Positions 48,542-60,430 of a stretch of 64,000 nucleotides of DNA are shown here, in pieces; position 1 is the stretch's first letter; each line of letters starts with the position of its first letter. The DNA is from Vairimorpha necatrix (lineage: Eukaryota): assembly GCA_036630325.1 (NCBI GenBank), contig CP142737.1, forward strand, positions 744,001 to 808,000, written 5' to 3'. The position numbers and the translations under genes were made by a program. The notes beneath the pieces are model-generated. The model had not been told where the DNA came from. It did not search any database and saw only the letters and a program-made list of their open reading frames with translations.

Positions 48542-49501
48542 ATGTTCCAATATATACTTTTGATAGTATGTACTAAAAGTATTAATCAAACAACTCAAAT
48601 GAAAAATTTGCATTCGAATATTATGCTACAATATATCAATGAGGAAACTTTATCCAACACAATTACGGATGAGAAAAATCTTCCATTTAAAAAGAGAAAA
48701 GGAATGTTAAATACTAAATTGACGTATAACATGCCCTTTAATACAAGTAATTATCCTTTCAAACGTCCCCATGAACAAAATAAAGATGATTATAGCCCAA
48801 GTGTTAAACGTATATGCAATAAAATTCTTACACATTTAGATGATTCTAATGAGGAAAACGAAAGAAATGCAACCTTTAAGACTGATTATGACTTGTCATT
48901 AAAAGAATTGCAAGATCAAATATGCGACTGGAAACAGAATGACCAAAAAACTATGAGAGAATACGTAACAATAGTACGTGATAAATGCACCGAAGAGTTA
49001 AAAATATACTTCGATAGAAGAATCAAAATTTACCGAATGGTGTCCAAGTTTAGAAGTACCATCAAAAAAGAGATTCTTATAAATAAAATTAAGAAGTATA
49101 TAAAAAGTGTTTCTACAAATGACAAACAAAAAGAACTATTATATTATAATTTCGATATTTATATAAATTGCTATAATTTCATCGCAAGCATGACCCCCAA
49201 CCAAACACAAAGATACCTACACGAAAGTCCTATTGTAATTTCAATATACAAGAAATTAATTAATCGACTTGACATCATATTTAATAAGTTTAAAATATTA
49301 TCATCTTTTGAAAATTTTAAATTAAATTTAGAAAAAATACCTTCGAAACCATTTACTAAAGATGAATTGTTGGGACTTAAGTTCTTGGAGGAAGATTTTA
49401 GGGATTTGTTTAAAAATTTAAGTACTATTTATGAGTACAGCTTAGAAATAATTAAAAGCCTTACAACTTGCAGAGAAAAATATGGAATAAAAATGAAATA
49501 A
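48542..49501 (+). CDS. Hypothetical putative secreted protein with NLS-like motifs
   Basis: 319-aa ORF, CCCCC before ATG, hydrophobic N-terminus, PFKKRK. Confidence 0.7.
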   Translation: MFQYILLIVCTKSINQTTQMKNLHSNIMLQYINEETLSNTITDEKNLPFKKRKGMLNTKLTYNMPFNTSNYPFKRPHEQNKDDYSPSVKRICNKILTHLDDSNEENERNATFKTDYDLSLKELQDQICDWKQNDQKTMREYVTIVRDKCTEELKIYFDRRIKIYRMVSKFRSTIKKEILINKIKKYIKSVSTNDKQKELLYYNFDIYINCYNFIASMTPNQTQRYLHESPIVISIYKKLINRLDIIFNKFKILSSFENFKLNLEKIPSKPFTKDELLGLKFLEEDFRDLFKNLSTIYEYSLEIIKSLTTCREKYGIKMK

Positions 49502-51796
49502 TCTGAAAACATCTTTTACTCTTTATACATATAAATTTCATTGTAAAAAAGCAATTAACGCGAGGTATTATTACTAGTACAAAAAGATTATGTTCATTTT
49601 TTCATAATTTCCATTTTTGGAAATAGGCCATTCGACCGGTATATTCCAAAAATTGAAAATTTATTTAATTTTATTCGTCGCACATACAATTGATAAAATA
49701 AGACGACCTAATAACAATGATTTCTAAAGAAAAACAAACCGACCACTACCCTTGTGACTTAATACCAAGGAAGAGCGATTACACTAGGGATGAATAAATA
49801 TCGCGTATCCATGACCAATGCAGCAAATTAATTTTTAGTAGAGTATTATCATCATTGAATTGTATTTGCTTTGAGGTAGCTCCTCCGCGGTTCTTCAACC
49901 CCATTTAGTTTTTTTAAAACTGCGTTTAAGGTAATATAATAATTAGCCTTTTCTTTTATGACACATAATAGAAACATTTAAACTTCTACGTATACAGATA
50001 GTATAAGCACATTACTAAATAGAAATTTAATATACAAAACCATATAATTATCAACCTAAATAAAATCACAGACAGGGGCAAAATTCAGCAATAACGTATA
50101 AAATATTGGGTAAAATTTTTTAGAAAATTATAAGAATAGGAAATTTCAAAAAACCTAAACTGAAATGTTAAATAAAAATGTTGTTAAATTGATGCCAAAA
50201 TACGTAAAAAATATCAGCAACATATTTAAATACGCTTATAGGGATCTTGACGTCCATTATTTGAAATCATACAGAGAGGTTAATTAGATATTAAAATATA
50301 CCTATGGGAATATGTCCTACACCTAATGAGCATAGAGGCTTCTATGGCCTCACTTTGCTTCGACGGGTTATAGATCCCCATTTTCAATTTTTAAAATGTT
50401 TGGCTGTGATTCGGTGGGTTATAATTCCTATAATAGCCTTTCAAGATAATATAGGTCCTCTACATATCCATTATTATGGTAAGGATTTAAGATGTATATC
50501 CTTCAATAAGATCGAAGGTATTGCATCTTCGTTTCATTTTTAGTAATCACGCTATCCCCTTTTTTGTATTAGTTCTTTCCACTATTACGAAAAGTTAAAA
50601 CCCCTTTGACTAATCATCCTCTATAGTATTAATTTGCACTAATTTTACATTTGTCTATCTTTAATCGATTTAATTGCTCTATATGTTCTAAGTTATTTAA
50701 ATATTTAATTAAGGTAATTTTTCTGATGAACTTCTGACGTTTTGTACGTTACAACTAATCTTTGTTTATATGAGTCACTTTACCCACGCAATATCCAGAA
50801 TATAACAGTTAATAATGTAAGTAAATGATCTATCTTACTATTATATAGTTAGATTTTTTTAAATAAAAAAAATGGCTTGCTTTTTGGAATTGATCATTAA
50901 TAACAAGCAGTTTCGTTTAAACCTTTGAATGAATCTCAACTACAGATTGTACATTTCTATTTCTTGTACGATAACCAGATATAGAATTCTTTATACTCTG
51001 TATTACATAGGTTTCCTTTTATTTTTAAACAAATGACAATTTTTTGAAAAAATTTGATCTTTGTCATTTTTTATACATTAATGCTGATTTGGGCCGGATA
51101 GGCATTTTGTAGACCATTTTAGATTTTATTTGCAAAAGTTATTTATATTTCATTAAAATTCTACGAATTTTATCTTTATGCACTTCAGAAATAACATATT
51201 TAATATCAATAAAAAAATTCTGCCATGATTTAATGAACTGTAATGTGGCAAATTTCAACAAATCCAAGTCTTTTTTTATTGGATATTTAAAATAACATAC
51301 CTGAGATTTGTCTTTCTTAAAGTGCATTCGATAGTTGATATTGTGTATTTGAGAAAATGTTATTCTACTACTTTCTTTTCTGTAAAATATTTGAAAAATG
51401 ATAAATATTTATATATTTAATTTTGATTAAATAGTGTTTCTATTGTTTAAATACGGGGCTTAGACTATCGAGATTTCAATCACAAAATGTAGTTATAGTT
51501 TTTATCATGCAATTATATTAATGTTGCTAGACTTATATTCCCCGCACAAGTTTGATTAAATGATAGTAGTTATAAGGATGCTGGGAGGAATGTCCTTGGA
51601 AAACAAGTAGGAACGATATATTATGTTTGATAAACAGAAAGAAAGAGAAATAAAAGAAAACCATTTTTAATGTCTTGTTGTAGAAAGACATTAAAATAAA
51701 TACAATTTTTATTTATATACATTTTTTATCTGTACTTCATATGTCAGATTAACAATGGCGATTTTCTTTATTCTAACATATAGGCAATTTTAATTT

Positions 51797-52153
51797 TTAA
51801 ATCTTGTTTATATTGTTTTTATCGTTTTGTTGTTCCATTTTATAATCATTTTTAATATTTATTATACATTCCGAATAATATAGACGGGATTGTTGTTTGT
51901 TTTCCTCTTCTGTTATATATATTGTGCATTCAGAATTATACAGAAATATCTCTTGTTCTTTATCCTCATTTGGGTTCATGTTTCTTGCAATTCCCTTTGG
52001 CCTTACAGTTATAACACCATTTCCTATAATATTATTTTCTTTTGTAGTTATATTTACATTCGATACTACTAAATTATTGTTGCCATTAGATGTAGAAGAC
52101 ATATAGGATAAATAATAAAATATTTGACCGACGATTCCGTACAGCAAAAACAT
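51797..52153 (-). CDS. Hypothetical Asn-rich protein with a hydrophobic N-terminus
   Basis: CCCC-ATG at 52153; internal duplication LYNSECTI / LYYSECII. Confidence 0.55.
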   Translation of the reverse strand: MFLLYGIVGQIFYYLSYMSSTSNGNNNLVVSNVNITTKENNIIGNGVITVRPKGIARNMNPNEDKEQEIFLYNSECTIYITEEENKQQSRLYYSECIINIKNDYKMEQQNDKNNINKI

Positions 52154-52412
52154 GGGGTAAAAAATTTGCATCATTATATAAATATAAACAAACAAACGAT
52201 TTATTTCCTTTTTCTTTATAAAAAAGTTGATTATTATTAATTCATATTGTATTAATTTATAACTTAAAATCTGTGTTGTTATTGTTTATACACATTTTTT
52301 TTCTGTTTACTATGCACTAAAAATTTATTCGATAATAATTTCAAAGTAAATACGAAATATTTTGAACAAAGTCTTTTCAAATGAATAATTGATAGAATTC
52401 GATCTATTATTA

Positions 52413-53560
52413 CAGGGTTTTGCATTTCTATATTCCCATAAAAATAAGAAATTTCAATAATAATAAAAAATGTTTAGTAAATAAAATCTTCTCTTGCTCT
52501 TGCCTTTTCTAGCCAGCCTATCATATTTCTGTAAAACGCAGGACACTCACGGTTATAATCTAAACTCAAAACGTTCTCAATAATTGTTTAAATTAGACTT
52601 TCTGATGAATGAAATGATGAAAATCTTGCCTTGAGCATTGAAAAAAACTCTTCAATGGGATATAGTTGTGGTGAATAAGAAGGCAGAAATTTGTGATTAA
52701 TGCCTAGATTATTTAATTTTTGTAAAACTTTCCGCGAATGATGAAAACTGGCATTATCCATTATAAGAACTTCACCTGGATTATTTCTAAAAAACATAAA
52801 AAATTTATTTTTAACAAAGTTTATAAAATTCTCGGAACTATATGCTCCGCGTTTATACTCAAATGCCAATAATCCATTTATAGTAATTACACACATACAG
52901 CTTATATTTTGGCCACTATTTGCTGGCACATTTTTATAGGCTTTAGTATTCTTTTCTGAATATCCGCAACTTAGCATAGTATGAGCGTTAAACGCAGTTT
53001 CATCGAGAAAAACTAGGTTTTCGGCCGAGTACCTACTAATTTCGGAGGCATAAATACTTCTTTGGTTTATTTTGTCCAACGAGTTACGTTCAACAGGAAT
53101 CAAACTGAGCCTTTTTCTTGTTATACCGAGTTTTTGAGTTTTCTCGATATTGAAGATTTTGACAAATTTACATTTGTTCGTATTTTAACTCATTAGAAAT
53201 TTCCTGTAAAGTCATATCGTTTGCACAGTCAACTATGTTTTTAACAACCCGATCTGTATTCGAAAGCATTTCATTTTGATACAACTGCCGGAATAGACCT
53301 TGTAGGTTGATTGTGCTGGTTTCGAATAATAGATGCAACGGTTTTACGATGTAAATCAACCATAGTCGATATTTCGGCTATGGATCGCTTTTCATCTTTT
53401 GCCAATTCGAAAACGATATTATTTAATTCGTTGGTTATTGTTTTCCTTATTTTTCTTACCATTAAGGGGATTAAAAAATTCAAATTTTTATAAGAATATA
53501 GAAATGCAAACATGGGAATATAGAAATGCAAACAGGGGAATATAGAAATGCAAAAACCTG
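52413..53560 (-). mobile_element. IS630-Tc1-mariner DNA transposon (DD34E) with a frameshifted transposase
   Basis: ~25-bp TIRs CAGG(G/T)TTTTGCATTTCTATATTCCC, TA TSD, FLDET / MDNASFH / SPQLYPIE with 34 residues from D to E; ATG at 53462. Confidence 0.92.
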
Positions 53561-54461
53561 TATTCATATCGCTTTCAAAGACCAAATTATCCATCTTTTC
53601 ATTAAATTTTTAAAAACATATTTAAATTAGAGGGATTAGTGATGTTATTATTTGATATTGTTTATAAAATCAATGATATATTTGGACTGAACAATCGAGG
53701 AACCCCAAATTTCTTACACGGTCTTATACAGGTATAAGAATCATCTACGTATATAACGACTATTATATCTTGTCAAGTTAAATATATAAATATTTTATAA
53801 TACTTTCCCAAATAAAAAAATCATTATAATAATTTAGTTACAGATACATTTTGTACTTGTTTTGCTTAGACTTCGTTCTAATATAACTTTTTATCAAACA
53901 AGCAGTTTTGATATTAAAGTGCATTTTAGTCAATTGTAGAACATAAACAGCTATATATAACGAACTTATTGATGTATACAGATTGCAAACATATAAATAT
54001 ATTATTTTTTTTGCGCACTTTAATTGGTACAATTTACGATATACATTGAAAAAAAAATTATTTTTTGTTTATTCTAAGGTTTGATTAGAAATGTGTTATA
54101 TAGGGTTCTAGTTGCTTATAAAATATGACATAACAATCTAAAATACTATTCTTTGTAGACTAATCTTTTTGTAACAAATCTCTTTTAAGCAGTAAGCATT
54201 TTACTTGAATTTTCTTGGTCCGCGGTATTTAAAAGCATTATGTTTTTTATATATTTAATTACAAAAAAAATTCTATAAATTATTCTCAGATTTCAAAGCC
54301 AATTTGTATAATGCGTTCTGTGTTTGTCACGGGAAAATCGTATTCTTTTAAACCAAAAAAACCAATGGTGCCTTAAAATTAAAGACATAATAATAATTAG
54401 AATGTATACAAGAATATGAACCAATTTTCTGTAAATTGAGAGTTTATCGAGAAGTATAATA

Positions 54462-55140
54462 GGTACATGACCGTTTGGAACCCGCTTTGGGAAAATAAAC
54501 TTGCTTTGAAATTTTAAAGGACCCCCTTTAAAAAAATGGCAAAATTGGCAAAAACAATGTTTGTTGAGGCAGATGAGGTTTTTAGTGATGTAATGTATTT
54601 ATACGTGGAATATAAAGAAAAGTTTATTTTGGAAACATTTGATGCTGAATCGGCGTGCGCCTTGCTCGTTTCTGTAACTAGTAGAATACTGCTTTTTCCT
54701 TGAGGTGATACAAGAAAATGTATAACCTGTTTCTATTATGATCTCTAATCAATGGGTAGCATATGATGTCACATTAGCTAAGCAAAGGGATGGAGCACAG
54801 TACTAAGAATCACTCCGTAAATGCCATAACCTCTAACCTCTAGCGATTCCGAGTCACAATATTATATAATTTAGTTGGTTTCGGCTCATTCCTATAAGAG
54901 ATATTTGATCTTAACATAAACAAAGAAGAACACTATGAGTACCTTTTACAGTTTCACCAGGCTTTTCAAATTCCCAAAAATTAACGGATAAATTGTCTTC
55001 TGTCATTTTTTAAAATAAATCATCAAGTCCTTTTTTTATAACTTTTTTTTATTTTTCCCTTTTTTTGAATTTTTCAAAGCGGGTTTATTTTCCCAAAGCG
55101 GGTTCATTTTCCCAAAGCGGGTTCCAAACGGTCATGTACC
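54462..55140 (+). mobile_element. Non-autonomous Merlin (IS1016-like) DNA transposon
   Basis: TIR GGTACATGACCGTTTGGAACCCGCTTTGGGAAAAT, 8-bp TSD GTATAATA, GG/CC termini, decayed KIG..VEADE, W.AY and NHS motifs. Confidence 0.85.
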
Positions 55141-55739
55141 GTATAATACTTAAAAAATGATAAATTATTATTATGTTGTTTCAAAGAACACTTTCACTAT
55201 TTTCTACATTTTTCCTTTATCATTTTTAAAAAGCTTTACTTCTCTAATTTAATTGATCGAGCATTTAGATCTAAAAATCAATGTAAACTCCATTTGTTTA
55301 AATATTTCAAGTCGACAATTTGGAAGCGTTTACTGGCGTCTTGACATTTGAATCCTTCTTTGAGGTAGAAAACTGTGGTGTAATATTTTTTGTAGTTTTT
55401 TATCTATATAAACTTGTCAAGATCTAAGGATGTGATGTTATTTTGAGTTATCCCGAATCAGCCTTTTCAAATAATTTTTGTTATTTGTTGATTTTTCCAA
55501 CCTCGCATTTTAGGATTTCGATTAAAAGAAATATCTAAAATACTATAAATACAGATATTTTTAAAGTAGCCTTGTTTTATACATTGCCTAGTTTTCTATA
55601 TAGTTTATGCTAAACATATACAGCAGAAGATCTATTTTACAGAGTATTGATTACCTACATCTACAGATCATATATATATATATAAGGATTTCCACTTTTG
55701 TTCAGTTGTGTTTTTTGAACATCACGACAATTTATAAAA

Positions 55740-56537
55740 GGTGCCCTTGGCCGAGTGGTCGAAGGGATGTTCTCATTGACCAATGGGCTGGGTTCGAGTC
55801 CCAGGGGCACCAAATTGTTTCTACTTTCTATGATGCAGTTGGAACAACTCAGATGATGAAAATGTCCACGGTAATCATTAAGTTGATTCAATGAAACTTG
55901 TGTGTGTCCAGCCACAAGGGGATTAGCATCTAGTGTAGAAACGCACCTCAAGGCCAAAAAGCAGTATCGCCCTTTGGTGACTTAATAATAAATAAAAGTA
56001 TCTAATAGGTACGGCCTAGTTGGAGCCCATGGCTGGTGACTCTAGAGTAGGATTCTAGAGCTAACTAAGAGACTAGACGAAGTAGAGCAGTAGAAAGTCT
56101 TCCGGACCCTATTCTACAAGATTCTTTAGCACGGCGCAGAAAATTATGGGAGAATGGTGATCAACGCAGCCCAATAAAAATGCCGGGCTGAGGATGTGGT
56201 CGTGTAAGGAGCCGTGTGTGCGATACAGATGATTGTAGGGACCTTTGAGTCAGTACGATGATGTCTCTCCTCGGGTTATAGATAACCATGCCCGTTAAGT
56301 ATATCCGCTGTGAGGTCACTCTGGACGCGATTTGAGGTATAAATGGAAAGTGTTCTCCTGGAGCCAAAGTCCAATGGATACGGCGGAGCTTGCTGCACCG
56401 GCAAGTTATACGGAGGGAGTTTTAGTGAGTAAGAATCTCACAGTACCAGTTGGAAAAGGATCACACCTAAATCCCTCTGGTCCCTATGTAAGGTTTCTCC
56501 CTACCTCTTACTTGCAAAGAAAAAAAAAAAAAAAAAA
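55740..56537 (+). mobile_element. tRNA-derived SINE-like element, full length
   Basis: A box TGGCCGAGTGG, B box GGTTCGAGTCC, paired acceptor and T stems, poly(A) tail, 13-bp TSD GACAATTTATAAA (55726-55738 and 56538-56550). Confidence 0.9.
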
Positions 56538-56877
56538 GACAATTTATAAACTATAGACTATGATTTATTCCTCTATGGTTTTAAAAATTTTAATAAATAT
56601 GCTCCTTACGAATCTTGTATATGATAAAATTTTTATCTACACAATTAAAAAAATTATTTAACATTGTATGTCTTTTCCTTGTGTTTATTGGATGGAAGAT
56701 TTTAAATAATTATTAGTTCTTTCGATTATTCAAGGCATAAAATTTTTTGAACGTGTTTATTTGTTATATCTATTTCTTCGGTGTTGATTCTTTCAATTAC
56801 TTCATTGCCGAATATTATTATAGTTTCTGGGCATTGTCGTATAACAAAAGTTATTACAAAGAAATACAAACAAGAAA

Positions 56878-57050
56878 GTTTAAAATGACTATAGAAAGCC
56901 TAACTATGTCAGTCAGACATGGACTTGATACTGATCAGGAAGGAGTATTTGAGAGTCCATTGCGTGGATTCCTGAAGGAACTCCGGGAACTGCTAGAAGA
57001 GACTGTAAGCGTATCTTGAAAAAAGTTGTTAGTAGGTAAGATATTTTATT
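56878..57050 (+). mobile_element. RLE non-LTR 3'-end fragment (subfamily B)
   Basis: Aligns with 19405-19560. Confidence 0.8.
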
Positions 57051-58060
57051 CATGTTCAAATAAAGGATTTTATTACAAAGAAATGATATATGAAAGCTAT
57101 TTCTACAAAAATCCTTTTATATCCCTAGTGTATTGTTTACGTCAATACTTTACAAAATAATCTACGTTAAACATCAAAATATGAAATAGTTATGTCGCTT
57201 TGAACAAACTATTTTTTTTAAAAATTAAATAGTTTTACGTTCATTTAGACCAGTTACGTCGGCGTTAGTTTTCCTCTATAAATTTTCAAGTCTCCAAGCC
57301 GCATGTTTTATACTTTAATATATATTTATTTTACTTATTTTTCATGTATCTTTATAGACTCTCTCTTAGAAACATAATTAAAATCTATGATCAATCTTAA
57401 ACACTTAAAATATTTAAAATTGTACAAAAAGACTATTTTTTTCGAATTTGTAGGATTTTTTATTTTTATTTGATCTGATAAAAATCATACATCTACAACG
57501 AATTACAAAATGCTTTATTGTTATTGGCGCGCTTTACAATAACAAGTAAATATATTTTTTCGTCTTTATAAATTATACGATATGCTTTTGGTTTGTTATT
57601 GACACTACCCGCTGTTTGAATTTTAGATTTTTTTATTAATTGTATCTAAAAATACACTTTAGATTCCCCTATGTTAGGAAAACAAGTTCAAAACATTTAA
57701 AAATTTATAACTTTGTATTTTACTAATTATTAAAATATTGCTTCATTATTGTCATTTAAATGATCTTAATAAAAAAGTAACTGAACATTTCAATTGTTTT
57801 TTTCGTCACTCGAAGAAAACACATTACTTGGATGTCTATTATCTATTTCTATAAATTAGGCCATGATTCAATACATATTTTTGACGAAAATATCATGTAA
57901 TGCTTAAAATTTTTAGATAAAAGATAATTACAATCACAGGAGTTGTATCCTCATTTGAGCAAACGTCGATAGCAATGTATTACGTCGTTTTATGGGTAAA
58001 AATTAAAAAAAAAGTCAATCAGTTAAATAAACGTTATATATACATTTTTTTAATTACATT

Positions 58061-60430
58061 TTAATTGTTCATAACACTTGATAACCAGTCACGAATAGAT
58101 TGCTTCTTTTTAGGTATCATTCGAACTTCAATTTGAGCAGGTAAAGTAAAAATTTTTATAGTTGGATGCACTGAGGTGTTCGAAGCTTGGCCCTTAGATG
58201 TTTCTTTTGATTCATTAATTACAATAATCTTTTGGGTATTAAGAGACTCTGTCTTTGGTTGTACTAAATTTTTTTCTCTTGATACTTCTGTTGATAAATC
58301 TACAGGTTTTTCCTTTGTATTTTCTACAGGTTTTTTTGTTGGTAACTCTACGGGGTTTTCTGTTGGTAACTCTACAGTCTTTTCTACAGGGATTTCTGTT
58401 GGTAGTTCTACAGGCTTTTCTTTATTACTTTCTACGGTAATTTCTGCTGGTAACCTTGCAGGCTTTTCTGATGATATCTCTTCAGTCTTTTCTTTAGTAA
58501 TTTCTACTGTCTTTTCTGTTGGTAACTCTACGGGGTTTTCTGTTGGTAACTCTACAGTCTTTTCTACAGGGATTTCTGTTGGTAGTTCTACAGGCTTTTC
58601 TTTATTACTTTCTACGGTAATTTCTGCTGGTAACCTTGCAGGCTTTTCTGATGATATCTCTTCAGTCTTTTCTTTAGTAATTTCTACAGTCTTTTCTGTT
58701 GGTAACTCTACGGGGATTTCTGTTAGTAACTCTACAGTCTTTTCTACAGGGATTTCTGTTGGTAGTTCTACAGGCTTTTCTTTATTACTTTCTACGGTAA
58801 TTTCTGCTGGTAACCTTGCAGGCTTTTCTGATGATATCTCTTCAGTCTTTTCTTTAGTAATTTCTACAGTCTTTTCTGTTGGTAACTCTACGGGGATTTC
58901 TGTTGGTAACTCTACAGTCTTTTCTACAGGGATTTCTGTTGGTAGTTCTACAGGCTTTTCTTTATTACTTTCTACGGTAATTTCTGTTGGTAACCTTGCA
59001 GGCTTTTCTGATGATATCTCTTCAGTCTTTTCTTTAGTAATTTCTACAGTCTTTTCTGTTGGTAACTCTACGGGGTTTTCTGTTAGTAACTCTACAGTCT
59101 TTTCTACAGGGATTTCTGTTGGTAGTTCTACGGGCTTTTCTTTGTTACTTTCTACGGTAATTTCTGCTGGTAACCTTGCAGGCTTTTCTGATGATATCTC
59201 TTCAGTCTTTTCTTTAGTATTTTCTACAGTCTTTTCTGTTGGTAACTCTACATTTTTTTCTACAGGCTTTTCTTCTGGTAACTCTACATTTTTTTCTACA
59301 GGCTTTTCTTCTGGTAACTCTACAGTCTCTTCTACAGGTTTTTCTTTAGTAATTTCTACAGGTTTTTCTTTAGTAATTTCTACAGGTTTTTCTTTAGTAA
59401 TTTCTACAGGCTTTTCTTTAGTAATTTCCGCTGGCCTTTCTTTAATAATTTCTACAGGCTTTTCTGATGACAAATCTACAGTCTTTTCTTTAATAATTTC
59501 TACAGGCTTTTCTTTAGTAATTTCTACAGGCTTTTTTGATGGTAACTCTACAGGCTTTTTTGATGGTAACTCTGCCGGCTTTTCTGATAGTAACTCAACA
59601 GGCTTTTTTGATTGGTTTTCTACAGGCTTTTCTTTATTACTTTCTACGGTAATTTCTACTGGTAACTCTACAGGCTTTTCTGATGATATCTCTTCAGTCT
59701 TTTCTTTAGTAATTTCTACAGTCTTTTCTGTTGGTAAATCTGCAGGCTTTTCCTCTGGTAACTCTATAGTCTTTTCTACAGGTTTTTCTTTAGTAATTTC
59801 CACCGGCTTTTCTTTAATAATTTCTACAGGCTTTTCTGATGACAACTCTACAGTCTTTTCTTTAATAATTTCTACAGGCTTTTCTTTAGTAATTTCTACA
59901 GGCTTTTCTGATGGTAACTCTACAGTCTTTTCTTTAGTAATTTCTACAGTCTTTTCTGAGGGTAACGCTACAGTCTTTTCTGCTGGTAACTCTACATTTT
60001 TTTTTACAGTCTTTTCTTCTGGTAACTCTACAGTCTCTTCTACAGTTTTTTCTTTAGTAATTTCTGCCGGCTTTTCTTTAGTAATTTCTACAGGTCTTTC
60101 TTCTGGTAACTCTACAGTCTCTTCTACAGGGTTTTCTGCTGGTAAATCTACAGGCTTTTCTATTGTTAACTCTACAGGCTTTTCTTTATTTATTTCTACG
60201 GGTATTTCTGTCGGTAACTTTACAAGCTTTTCTATTGGTAACTCTACAGGCTTTTCTTTATTATTTTTTTCGGGGATTTCTGTCGGTAACTCTACAGGCT
60301 TTTCAGTTGCTTTTTTTATAACCTTTTCATCCACAATAGTTTTTATGGATTCAGGCGGGCTCCCAGTAGTTGTAGCTTTTACATATGAGTTTAGTGCTAT
60401 GCTAGAAACTATAATTAGATTAAATTTCAT
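58061..60430 (-). CDS. Secreted E/K/P/V/T-rich repetitive protein (candidate spore wall or polar tube component)
   Basis: Signal peptide MKFNLIIVSSIALNSYVKA, CCCC before ATG, 8-aa EKPVE-type repeats. Confidence 0.85.
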   Translation of the reverse strand: MKFNLIIVSSIALNSYVKATTTGSPPESIKTIVDEKVIKKATEKPVELPTEIPEKNNKEKPVELPIEKLVKLPTEIPVEINKEKPVELTIEKPVDLPAENPVEETVELPEERPVEITKEKPAEITKEKTVEETVELPEEKTVKKNVELPAEKTVALPSEKTVEITKEKTVELPSEKPVEITKEKPVEIIKEKTVELSSEKPVEIIKEKPVEITKEKPVEKTIELPEEKPADLPTEKTVEITKEKTEEISSEKPVELPVEITVESNKEKPVENQSKKPVELLSEKPAELPSKKPVELPSKKPVEITKEKPVEIIKEKTVDLSSEKPVEIIKERPAEITKEKPVEITKEKPVEITKEKPVEITKEKPVEETVELPEEKPVEKNVELPEEKPVEKNVELPTEKTVENTKEKTEEISSEKPARLPAEITVESNKEKPVELPTEIPVEKTVELLTENPVELPTEKTVEITKEKTEEISSEKPARLPTEITVESNKEKPVELPTEIPVEKTVELPTEIPVELPTEKTVEITKEKTEEISSEKPARLPAEITVESNKEKPVELPTEIPVEKTVELLTEIPVELPTEKTVEITKEKTEEISSEKPARLPAEITVESNKEKPVELPTEIPVEKTVELPTENPVELPTEKTVEITKEKTEEISSEKPARLPAEITVESNKEKPVELPTEIPVEKTVELPTENPVELPTKKPVENTKEKPVDLSTEVSREKNLVQPKTESLNTQKIIVINESKETSKGQASNTSVHPTIKIFTLPAQIEVRMIPKKKQSIRDWLSSVMNN
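58321..59250. repeat. About five near-identical 180-bp coding tandem repeats
   Basis: Sequence recurs at 58321, 58501, 58681, 58861, 59041 and 59221. Confidence 0.93.

Noticed and set aside
55740-55812. Functional tRNA gene
   Set aside because: No canonical anticodon arm, imperfect D stem and no terminator right after it; it lies inside a TSD-flanked poly(A) element
55845-55900. Hammerhead ribozyme or C/D snoRNA (GATGATGAAA...GAAAC)
   Set aside because: No CTGANGA core with proper stems and no suitably placed D box
55607-56556. Short ORFs overlapping the SINE
   Set aside because: No recognisable domains, and frames are disrupted by indels in the second copy
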